This document shows positions 26,566-34,800 of a stretch of 64,000 nt of DNA, piece by piece. The DNA is taken from contig CAZPYM010000005.1 of assembly GCA_964590105.1 (NCBI GenBank), positions 19,015-83,014 on the forward strand, given 5' to 3'. The notes under the pieces are model-generated. The model did not search any database, was not told the DNA's origin, and saw only the letters and a program-made list of their open reading frames with translations. The position numbers and the translations under genes are program-made. Within the stretch, counting starts at the first letter, position 1. Each line of letters begins with the position of its first letter. The DNA is from an uncultured Gammaproteobacteria bacterium. Its GTDB lineage: Bacteria > Patescibacteriota > Patescibacteriia > UBA11705 > JABHMO01.

Positions 26566-27219
26566 TTATTTATTATTGATTTCTTTTTCCAGTTCAATCA
26601 AAAAATTCTGCATTTTTTTAATTAATTTTTTTGACAATCGCTTGGCGGTCTCAGTGTTCAAATTATCAAAAAAGCTTATCTGAAAATTAATTTGATCGGC
26701 AACAGTGACTATTGCTGTTTTTTTTGCACGAAAGTATTTGTCAAAATTAAAATTATTAAATCCCCAGGATGAGCCCTTTGTATTTCCTGTTAGGTATTCA
26801 GGCAAATAGTTTTTTGACATACAGGCTCGCATAATCCCGACATTGCCAAGTGAATCAAGCATGTCAGCGTCGCGCAGAATAGCTAATAATTCCCCTGGTA
26901 GTTTTTGGATAGTATTGTGATGCCTGATGGCAAAACAGATTTCATTGATTTTCGACTTGCTGAAAAGGTTTAAGTCGGCCAAAATTTTTCGACTGATTTT
27001 CGCGCCGGCAATTCCATGGCGATTGACTTTTCTTACCCGCGACAGACCGATGTCATGTAGAAGGCAGGCTGCTTCGAGTAATTCGCGTTGAGGAAATCCT
27101 TCTTTTTCTGCAATGATCAAGGCCCAGCGTCTTACGCGTTCAACGTGTTTGTAGTCATGGGCGACTTTGGTTAATTCTTTCTGCGCTATTTTTTTTAATA
27201 TTTTTATTTTTTTCGTCAT
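26566..27219 (-). CDS. HD-domain phosphohydrolase
   Basis: HDYKHVERV, LLHDIG, HH, DADMLD. Confidence 0.85.
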   Translation of the reverse strand: MTKKIKILKKIAQKELTKVAHDYKHVERVRRWALIIAEKEGFPQRELLEAACLLHDIGLSRVRKVNRHGIAGAKISRKILADLNLFSKSKINEICFAIRHHNTIQKLPGELLAILRDADMLDSLGNVGIMRACMSKNYLPEYLTGNTKGSSWGFNNFNFDKYFRAKKTAIVTVADQINFQISFFDNLNTETAKRLSKKLIKKMQNFLIELEKEINNK

Positions 27220-27812
27220 AGTTTAATGAATTTATTTAGTCGCTGTTTTGTTTTCTTTGCCCCCCTGAACATAAATGATTTTATTCCGAGAAGCTTTGCG
27301 ACTGCAATGTTTTTAGCTGAATCGTCAAAGTACAGACATTCGTTCGGTCTTAATTTGTTTTCTTTCAAAATTAGTTTTATCGCCCTTGGGTCCGGCTTGA
27401 TGAATCCGGTTTTCCATGAATAGTAAATTTTATCAGGCAATGATTTAAGGAAGGGAAAGTTTTTTTTGTAATAATTTGCTCTTTCCGCAAAGTTGTTTGA
27501 AAGGATAAATATTTCAATGCCTCGGCTTTTTATTTCTGTGGCTAATGTTGTCATTTCAAGGACTTGTTTTTCCGCTTTGAACCAATAATCGTAAAATTTA
27601 TGTTTACTTAGATTAACGTTCCATTTTTTTAGATATGGTTTCCAGTGGTAGTAAAGGCTTTTCGCTCCTGGTTTTCGTACTTGGGCCATAATTTTTTTTA
27701 ATGCGGGCATGAATTTTTCATTGGCAACACCAAAGTCCTCGGCAAAACGTTCATTTAGCAGTTTGCTTTGAATAAAGACGCCGTTTAAATCAAATATTAC
27801 AGCCTTGATCAT
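27216..27812 (-). CDS. HAD-superfamily phosphatase
   Basis: IFDLNGV, LSNN, KPD, FDDS..N. Confidence 0.85.
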   Translation of the reverse strand: MIKAVIFDLNGVFIQSKLLNERFAEDFGVANEKFMPALKKIMAQVRKPGAKSLYYHWKPYLKKWNVNLSKHKFYDYWFKAEKQVLEMTTLATEIKSRGIEIFILSNNFAERANYYKKNFPFLKSLPDKIYYSWKTGFIKPDPRAIKLILKENKLRPNECLYFDDSAKNIAVAKLLGIKSFMFRGAKKTKQRLNKFIKL

Positions 27813-27936
27813 AGTAGTATTTTTAAGTTAATTCTTTGTTTTATATTACCATAATCTTGATTATATTAAAACATTGTGCTAGAATAATTTTGTTGTTATA
27901 ATAATTTTACAATCTCGGTTTATCGGGGTTGATTCT

Positions 27937-28000
27937 GGGGCGGTATTAAAGTAGCAAACTGGAGTCCCGCCATTGGCGGGATAAATCTGCCGGCTCTAGC
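27937..28000 (+). pseudogene. Degenerate 5' copy of tRNA-Tyr with a hairpin replacing part of the anticodon arm
   Basis: Aligns to 28271-28324, with tcccgccattggcggga at 27965-27981. Confidence 0.7.
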
Positions 28001-28016
28001 GATTGTTGAGGCGACT

Positions 28017-28265
28017 ATGTGTTTTGTCTATATATTGAAAAGTCAATTAAGAAATCGATATTATATTGGCTCTACATCTGATATCGGAAAAAGATTAAAA
28101 GAGCATAATTTGGGATTGGTTCGCTCAACAAAATATTATTGTCCATGGGAATTATTTGTACTTGAAGAGTATGAAACAGTAGAGCAAGCTCGAAAAAGGG
28201 AAAATCAGATTAAAAGTTATAAAGGGGGAGAAGCATTTAAGAGACTTGTGCAAATTAAAAAATAA
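28017..28265 (+). CDS. Small GIY-YIG nuclease
   Basis: FVYIL...YYIGST...RLKEHN...A..RE.QIK. Confidence 0.9.
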   Translation: MCFVYILKSQLRNRYYIGSTSDIGKRLKEHNLGLVRSTKYYCPWELFVLEEYETVEQARKRENQIKSYKGGEAFKRLVQIKK

Positions 28266-28270
28266 TTTTT

Positions 28271-28356
28271 GGGTCGGTACCAAAGCAGTCAACTGGGGCA
28301 GACTGTAAATCTGCTGGCTTTAGCCTTCGTAGGTGCAAATCCTACCCGGCCCACCA
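28271..28356 (+). tRNA. tRNA-Tyr (GTA), CCA encoded
   Basis: Acceptor gggtcgg/ccggccc, anticodon arm gcaga-ctGTAaa-tctgc, long variable arm, T-arm gtagg/cctac. Confidence 0.92.
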
Positions 28357-28374
28357 AAAAGTAAGGAAATAAAA

Positions 28375-28463
28375 TATCAAAGCAGTCAACTGGGGTCCCG
28401 CCATCGGCGGGATAAATTTGCTGGCTTTAGCCTTCGCAGGTGCAAATCCTGCCCGGCTCACCA
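28375..28463 (+). pseudogene. Degenerate 3' copy of tRNA-Tyr with the same hairpin substitution
   Basis: caaagcagtcaactgggg-tcccgccatcggcggga-taaat...gcaggtgcaaatcctgcccggctcacca. Confidence 0.75.
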
Positions 28464-28482
28464 AAATTTAATTTGAAATAGG

Positions 28483-28508
28483 AAAGTCGCCTGAAGCGGA
28501 CTTTTTTA
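28483..28508 (+). terminator. Terminator after the tRNA-Tyr cluster
   Basis: aaagtcgc...gcggactttttt. Confidence 0.55.
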
Positions 28509-28653
28509 TTGCCAAAATCAATTGTTTGTGATATCATCCTTACATAATAATAAACCACATATCTTTCTTGGCTATTTTTAGCTGAAAATTAGTGTGCCTG
28601 CTCGCCTGGCGAGTTCCACTGATTGGAAAGATAGAGGAAAAAAGGAACAATTT

Positions 28654-29442
28654 ATGTCAAACATTCCGAGTCTAGAAGACTTGATGAAAGCCGGAGTTCA
28701 CTTTGGACATCAAAGATCAAAGTGGTATCCGAAAATGGAGAGATTTATTTTCACGGAAAAAAACAACATCCATGTAATTAATTTAGAAGAAACGCAAAAA
28801 CAGCTGGCAAAAGCTTATGAGTTTATTGCCCAAACTGTTGCCACCGGCGGAACAATTCTTTTCGTGGGTACAAAAAGACAAGCGCAAGAGATTGTCAAAG
28901 ATGCGGCTCTTTCCTGCGGCATGCCCTATGTGGTTTACCGTTGGCTTGGCGGCACTCTGACAAACGCGGCTTCTGTGCTTGGCTTGGTAAAAAAGTATAG
29001 GAAATTAAAAGAAGACAAAGCCACGGGCGCCTTGGCCAAATTCACAAAAAAGGAACAGTTGGATATTGATCGCGAGATCGAGCGGCTGGAAACAATTGTC
29101 GGCGGCATTGAAAAATTGGACAAGATTCCTGACGTCATGTTTATTGTTGACATGAAAAAGGAAAAAACAGCAGTTCAGGAATGCCTTCGCAAGAAGGTTC
29201 CATTTATTGCAATTTGCGATACCAATGTTAATCCGGATTTGACTGATTATCCGATCCCTGGAAATGATGACGCGACCAGCTCAATTAAAATTTTAGTAAC
29301 TTCAATAGCAGCGGCAATCAATGATGCCCGCCAGCAAAACGACAAAGCCGGAGAAGGAAAAACTGTTGGCGAGATCAAAGAAAATGCTGAGGTTCCACAA
29401 CTTCCAAAAAATAAAACTTTTAAGCCAGCGACCAAGGAGTAA
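28654..29442 (+). CDS. rpsB: 30S ribosomal protein S2
   Basis: AGVHFGH, RWLGGTLTN, DTN, PGNDDA; start MSNIPS at 28654. Confidence 0.97.
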   Translation: MSNIPSLEDLMKAGVHFGHQRSKWYPKMERFIFTEKNNIHVINLEETQKQLAKAYEFIAQTVATGGTILFVGTKRQAQEIVKDAALSCGMPYVVYRWLGGTLTNAASVLGLVKKYRKLKEDKATGALAKFTKKEQLDIDREIERLETIVGGIEKLDKIPDVMFIVDMKKEKTAVQECLRKKVPFIAICDTNVNPDLTDYPIPGNDDATSSIKILVTSIAAAINDARQQNDKAGEGKTVGEIKENAEVPQLPKNKTFKPATKE

Positions 29443-29493
29443 TATTCCCGCCAAAAAGCAGGGGGATTTTCTTGTTGTTCGCAATAAAAATTT

Positions 29494-30081
29494 ATGACAG
29501 ACGTACAAACTATAACAAAACTTCGTAACCAAACCGGCGCCGGCATGGTAGATTGCAAAAAAGCCATTGACGAGTCTGGCGGCGATTACGAAAAGGCAAT
29601 TGAAATTCTCCGGAAAAAGGGGGAGATCAAAGCGGCAAAAAAAATCTCGGAAAGAGAAACCAAGGATGGGATTGTTTACTCTTATATTCATTCAAACAAC
29701 AAAGCCGGCTCGATGCTGGAATTGTTTTGCGAAACTGATTTCGTGGCCAAGACTGAAGACTTTCAGGGACTGGCGCGCGACCTGGCCATGCAGATCGTGG
29801 CGATGTCGGCTGAGTATTTAAAGCCGGAAGATGTTCCGGTAGATATTATTGAAAAAGAAAAAGAAATTTATCGGGAACAGCTACGCTCCGAAGGCAAGCC
29901 GGCGGAAATTATGGAGAAAATAATGCAGGGAAAACTGGACAAATTCTATGAAGACGTTTGTTTAATGAAGCAGGCCTATATCAAAGATGACAAAATTTCC
30001 ATTGAATCTTTGATCAATCAGTTGATCGCCAAAACCGGTGAAAAAATTGAGATTGGCAGATTTGTCAGGTATCAACTTTAG
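29494..30081 (+). CDS. tsf: Elongation factor Ts (short form)
   Basis: LRNQTGAGMVDCKKA, CETDFVA; follows rpsB. Confidence 0.96.
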   Translation: MTDVQTITKLRNQTGAGMVDCKKAIDESGGDYEKAIEILRKKGEIKAAKKISERETKDGIVYSYIHSNNKAGSMLELFCETDFVAKTEDFQGLARDLAMQIVAMSAEYLKPEDVPVDIIEKEKEIYREQLRSEGKPAEIMEKIMQGKLDKFYEDVCLMKQAYIKDDKISIESLINQLIAKTGEKIEIGRFVRYQL

Positions 30082-30116
30082 AAAAACCCCGCGACCTAAT
30101 TGCGCGGAAAAATATT

Positions 30117-30911
30117 ATGAAAATTGCTGAGATACAATTTAGCCCTTGGGACAAAATATATTATTTTAGCCTGAGCGAAGAACAAATTGCCCAGGGTGAT
30201 TATGTTGTCGTTGAAACTAAATTGGGAACTGAAATGGGGAAAGTTGTTGGTTTTTCAGAATTAACAGAAGATGAAATAGGCAAATTACCAGAGCCGCTCA
30301 AGCCGATTTTGCGCAAAGCCAATAAAGAAGATTTGGAAATAGTTCTGCAGAACAAACGGAAAAAATCCGCGGCATTTAATGATTGCCGCGCGCTGATTAA
30401 AAAATTTGGCTTGCCTATAAAATTGGTTGACGTGCATTTTACTTTTGACGGTTCGAAAATAACTTTTGCTTTTATTGCCGATGGCCGGGTTGATTTCCGC
30501 GAACTATTGAAAGAGCTTATTAAAATTCACAAAAAAAATATTCGGTTGCAACAGCTGGGCATCCGCGACGAAATCAAAGTCAGCGGAGATATCGGATGTT
30601 GCGGACGCAATTTGTGCTGCCAGTCTTTTTACAAAGATCTGGGCAATGTTACTTCAGATTACGCGGATTTGCAGCAGGTGGCTCACCGCGGTTCAGAGCG
30701 GCTTTCCGGCGTTTGTGGCAGATTAAAATGCTGCTTGACTTATGAAAAAGATTTGTATAATGAGCTGGCCGACAATTTGCCGATGATCGGTGACAAAATC
30801 AAAACTCCGCATGGACGCGGAGAGGTAATCGGCTGGCATGTTTTGAAACAAACAGTGGATGTTTTGCTTGATGACAAAGATACGATTGTCGAAGTGCCTA
30901 TTGAAAAATAA
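30117..30911 (+). CDS. PSP1-domain protein (RicT/YaaT family)
   Basis: GRVDFRELL, GCCGRNLCC, SGVCGRLKCCL.YE. Confidence 0.88.
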   Translation: MKIAEIQFSPWDKIYYFSLSEEQIAQGDYVVVETKLGTEMGKVVGFSELTEDEIGKLPEPLKPILRKANKEDLEIVLQNKRKKSAAFNDCRALIKKFGLPIKLVDVHFTFDGSKITFAFIADGRVDFRELLKELIKIHKKNIRLQQLGIRDEIKVSGDIGCCGRNLCCQSFYKDLGNVTSDYADLQQVAHRGSERLSGVCGRLKCCLTYEKDLYNELADNLPMIGDKIKTPHGRGEVIGWHVLKQTVDVLLDDKDTIVEVPIEK

Positions 30912-30979
30912 AAATAGGCATTTTTTTGTTTTGTGGTATAATGTATTGGATAGAATCAACTATTTGAAATTTTATATTT

Positions 30980-32035
30980 ATGAAAAAAGAGCTGGAACAA
31001 TTAAGCCAAAGCGCCAAGCAGGCAATTGAAAACGTTGGCACTTCAAAAGAATTAGAAAAAGTTGAACAGCAATATTTCGGGCGCAAAGATGGGGAACTCA
31101 ATAATATTCTCAAGTCGCTCAAAACTTTGTCGGACAAGGAAAAAAAGATTTTTGGCGAAGCGGCCAATTCCATCAAGCAAGAATTAAGAAATTTGCTGGA
31201 ACAAAAGAAAAATTCTTTGGGCGACAAGCAAGTCAGCGAACAAATTGAACAGGGCGAGCTGGATGTGACTCTGCCCGGTAGAAAAAAAGATTTAGGATCA
31301 TTGAATCCTGTTTCAACTATTCAGTATGAGTTGGAAAATATTTTTCGTTCGCTTGGTTTTATGATTTTGGATGGCCCGGAATTGGAATCAGAATATTATA
31401 ATTTCGAAGCGCTTAATGTTCCGGAACATCATCCGGCCAGAGACATGCAGGATACGTTTTATATCAAGGGCAAGGATCAAGGAGCAAGGAGCAAAGACGA
31501 AGAAAGACTATTGTTGCGAACGCATACTTCGCCGGTTCAGGTGCGTGCCATGCAAAAGTACGGCGCTCCGTTGCGGGCAGTGGTGCCCGGTCGGGTTTTT
31601 CGTTATGAAGCTCTTGATGCGTCTCATGAAAATACTTTTAATCAGCTCGAGGGGTTAATGATTGGCAAAGATATTTCAATTGTCAATTTAATTGCGGTAA
31701 TGAAAACATTGCTAAAAGGAATATTTAAAAAAGATATTAAAGTCAGATTGCGCCCGGGATATTTTCCTTTTGTTGAACCGGGTTTTGAACTGGATATTCA
31801 TTGCCTGATCTGCGATGGTCGCGGCTGCAGCGTCTGCAAAAATTCCGGTTGGGTGGAGCTCCTCCCCTGCGGCATGGTTCATCCGAATGTGCTTCGTGCC
31901 GGTAATATCGATCCGGATGAATTTTCCGGTTTTGCTTTTGGACTTGGTCTTACACGGCTGGTGATGATGCGTTATGGCATTGATGATATTCGACTGATTA
32001 ATTTAGGCGATTTGCGATTTCTAAAACAGTTTTAA
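30980..32035 (+). CDS. pheS: Phenylalanine-tRNA ligase alpha subunit
   Basis: HPARDMQDTFY, LRTHTSPVQ, YFPFVEP, GFAFGLG. Confidence 0.97.
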   Translation: MKKELEQLSQSAKQAIENVGTSKELEKVEQQYFGRKDGELNNILKSLKTLSDKEKKIFGEAANSIKQELRNLLEQKKNSLGDKQVSEQIEQGELDVTLPGRKKDLGSLNPVSTIQYELENIFRSLGFMILDGPELESEYYNFEALNVPEHHPARDMQDTFYIKGKDQGARSKDEERLLLRTHTSPVQVRAMQKYGAPLRAVVPGRVFRYEALDASHENTFNQLEGLMIGKDISIVNLIAVMKTLLKGIFKKDIKVRLRPGYFPFVEPGFELDIHCLICDGRGCSVCKNSGWVELLPCGMVHPNVLRAGNIDPDEFSGFAFGLGLTRLVMMRYGIDDIRLINLGDLRFLKQF

Positions 32036-32047
32036 TAATTATTATAT

Positions 32048-34483
32048 ATGAATATTTCACTCAACTGGTTAAAAGAGCATGTCGAGGGGCTGGAAAATAT
32101 TGACCCCGCAGAACTTGGCCTAAAACTGACCATGTCTACGGTAGAGGTTGACAGCATGAAAAATTTGGCCAGCACTCTGGACAAGGTTGTCGTGGGGCAG
32201 ATTGTCAGCCTGCGAAAACATCCCAATGCCGATAAATTAGTATTAGTTGAAATTAATATTGGTGACAGGCGAGTCAACGTTGTTTGCGGTGGCAGCAATC
32301 TCCGGGAAAATATGCTGGTGGCGCTAGCTCTGCCCGGAGCAAAAGTTCGCTGGCATGGTGAGGGCGACTTGGTTACGCTGGCGCCGGCCAAAGTCCGCGG
32401 TGAAGACAGCGAAGGCATGATTTGCGCCAGTTCAGAACTTGGCTTGGCTGGTCTTTATCCTAGTACAAAAGAAAATGAAATAATTGATTTGTCGGATAGC
32501 GGATTTACAATTGGCGATCCGCTGGCCGAAGCAATGGGTTTTGATGATGTTATTTTTGAAATTGATAATAAATCCCTGACCAACCGGCCGGATTTGTGGG
32601 GGCATTATGGTATGGCCAGAGAAGTCGCCGCTTTATATGGATTAAAATTAAAACCTTATCAATTGGCAAAGATTAAACCGGCAAAGCAATTTAATTTAAA
32701 AGTTAAAGTGGAAGATTCCAAACTGTGCCCGCGTTATATGGGCATTGCGCTCCGCGGAATAAAAATCGTTGAATCTCCGGTCTGGCTGAAGAAGCGTTTG
32801 GAATCAATCGGCCAGCGGCCGATCAATAATATTGTTGACATTACAAATTTTGTAATGAATGAGCTTGGCCAGCCCTTGCACGCTTTTAGCGCTGATAAGA
32901 TTAAAGATGATGAAATTATTGTGCGCAGGGCGGGGGATGGCGAGAAAATTATAACGTTGGACGGAGAAAAAAGAGTTTTGGCTGAGGATGACCTGGTAAT
33001 TGCTGACAGCGACAAGGCAATCGCCTTGGCCGGGGTAATGGGGAATTTGAATTCACACATTGATGACAAAACCAATACGGTAATTCTTGAATCGGCGAAT
33101 TTTGACGCCACAACCATCAGAAAAACTTCAAGCCGGCTGGGACTGCGCACCGAGGCGGCCATTAGATTTGAAAAAAGCCTGGACCCGAATTTATGTGAAA
33201 CAGCTCTGAAAAAAGCAGTAGCTCTAATCCTGGAAATAATCCCAACCGCTGAAATTGTCAGCCCGCTGGTTGACGCCAAAGATTTTGAATTATTTCAGGG
33301 GCCGATTGAACTAAACTGGGATTTTGTGAACAAAAAAATTGGTCAGGCGATAGGTCAACAGCAAATAATAAAAATTCTTAGTAATTTGGGTTTTGAAGTA
33401 AGCGAAAAGAAGTCAGGTTTGCTGATTAAAATTCCAAGCTGGCGGGCGACCAAAGATATCAGCATTAAAGAAGATTTGATTGAAGAAATCACTAGAATTT
33501 TTGGTTATGATGAATTAGACCCGATCATGCCGAGCGCAATAGTGGAATATACAGCTGAAAATAGCCTGCGGAGGCTTGAAAGAGACATGAAAAATGTACT
33601 GGCGCTGAGTCTTGGCGCCAATGAAGTGTACAATTATTCTTTTGTTAGCAAAAAATTACTGGAATCTTTTGGCCAGGCGATAAATAATTTGGAGTTGGAA
33701 AATCCCTGGGATCAGGATTTGTGCTATCTGCGCAAAAGCTTAATCCCGAACCTATTGCAAAATGCAGTTGATAATTCCAGGTTTTACAATCAGTTTTCTT
33801 TATTTGAAACAGGAAAAGTTTTTATTAATGATAAGAGCGGCGAGCCGGTAAAGCAGGACGCAAAAGTTAATTTGCCGACACAGGATTTAATGGCCGCCGG
33901 CGTGATTGTATCTGACCGAACAGATAATTTTTTGGATTGCAAAGGAATTATTGAAACATTGTTTAATAAAATGAAGATTGAAGTTGACTACGATGGAGCA
34001 GTTCCGGCCTTTGCCTGGTGTCATCCGAAAGAGTGCCTGACAATATCCATTGGCAAAGAAGTTGTCGGATATGTTTCAGCCATTCATCCGGCTATTGCCA
34101 GAAAATTGGATTTGCGCGGGCAAGCGGCAATATGGGAAATAAACCTGACCAAGCTAGTTGACCATGCTTATCAGATAGAAAAATTTAAAATTTTGCCGAA
34201 ATTTCCGGCGATTGAGCTGGATATTTCAATTACAGTGGAGCAAAATGTTCCCTGGAAAAATATTCAAGGCATTGTTGATTCTGCGGAACCGAAAATTATT
34301 CGGCGGGTGGAGTTGTTGGATGTGTTTAAAAATGATAAAATAAAAGCAGGGAATAAGAGCCTTACCTTTCGAATTACTTACCGCGCCGACGACAGGACAC
34401 TTGAGATGGCGGACGTCAATAAATTGCAGGAAAAAATAATTAATCAATTGAAAAAGGGCGTGGGCGCGGAAATCAGGCAATAG
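32048..34483 (+). CDS. pheT: Phenylalanine-tRNA ligase beta subunit
   Basis: HPNADKL, SEGMIC, NRPDL, DLIEEI.R, C-terminal FDX-ACB domain. Confidence 0.97.
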   Translation: MNISLNWLKEHVEGLENIDPAELGLKLTMSTVEVDSMKNLASTLDKVVVGQIVSLRKHPNADKLVLVEINIGDRRVNVVCGGSNLRENMLVALALPGAKVRWHGEGDLVTLAPAKVRGEDSEGMICASSELGLAGLYPSTKENEIIDLSDSGFTIGDPLAEAMGFDDVIFEIDNKSLTNRPDLWGHYGMAREVAALYGLKLKPYQLAKIKPAKQFNLKVKVEDSKLCPRYMGIALRGIKIVESPVWLKKRLESIGQRPINNIVDITNFVMNELGQPLHAFSADKIKDDEIIVRRAGDGEKIITLDGEKRVLAEDDLVIADSDKAIALAGVMGNLNSHIDDKTNTVILESANFDATTIRKTSSRLGLRTEAAIRFEKSLDPNLCETALKKAVALILEIIPTAEIVSPLVDAKDFELFQGPIELNWDFVNKKIGQAIGQQQIIKILSNLGFEVSEKKSGLLIKIPSWRATKDISIKEDLIEEITRIFGYDELDPIMPSAIVEYTAENSLRRLERDMKNVLALSLGANEVYNYSFVSKKLLESFGQAINNLELENPWDQDLCYLRKSLIPNLLQNAVDNSRFYNQFSLFETGKVFINDKSGEPVKQDAKVNLPTQDLMAAGVIVSDRTDNFLDCKGIIETLFNKMKIEVDYDGAVPAFAWCHPKECLTISIGKEVVGYVSAIHPAIARKLDLRGQAAIWEINLTKLVDHAYQIEKFKILPKFPAIELDISITVEQNVPWKNIQGIVDSAEPKIIRRVELLDVFKNDKIKAGNKSLTFRITYRADDRTLEMADVNKLQEKIINQLKKGVGAEIRQ

Positions 34484-34518
34484 TCGCTCAAGTTTCAAAA
34501 ATAAAATAAAAATAAAAT

Positions 34519-34791
34519 ATGCTGGAAACAAGCCAGGATTTATTCTATCTTGTATTGGCTTTTTGTGTTTTGTGGTTTACGGTCTTTGTTTGTTGGATGT
34601 TGTACTATTTTATTAGAATGTTAAAGCAAACAAACCAATTGTTGACAGATATTCGTGAAAAGATTGAAAGGGTTACAAGTGTTTTTTCGTTCATCCGCTC
34701 AAAAATTGTGGAGCAGGGAGTAAAAGGACTGATGAGCTTTGTGTCGGCGGTCACGGGCAAGAGTGCCAGGAAAAATAAAAACAAAAAGTAA
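34519..34791 (+). CDS. Small membrane protein
   Basis: N-terminal TM helix followed by coiled coil. Confidence 0.65.
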   Translation: MLETSQDLFYLVLAFCVLWFTVFVCWMLYYFIRMLKQTNQLLTDIREKIERVTSVFSFIRSKIVEQGVKGLMSFVSAVTGKSARKNKNKK

Positions 34792-34800
34792 TTTGCCAAT

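Noticed and set aside
27937-28463. Intron-containing or additional functional tRNAs
   Set aside because: Each copy lacks one acceptor strand, and the hairpin replaces rather than interrupts the anticodon
29494-30081. Truncated tsf pseudogene
   Set aside because: Short ~200-aa EF-Ts is a known natural form
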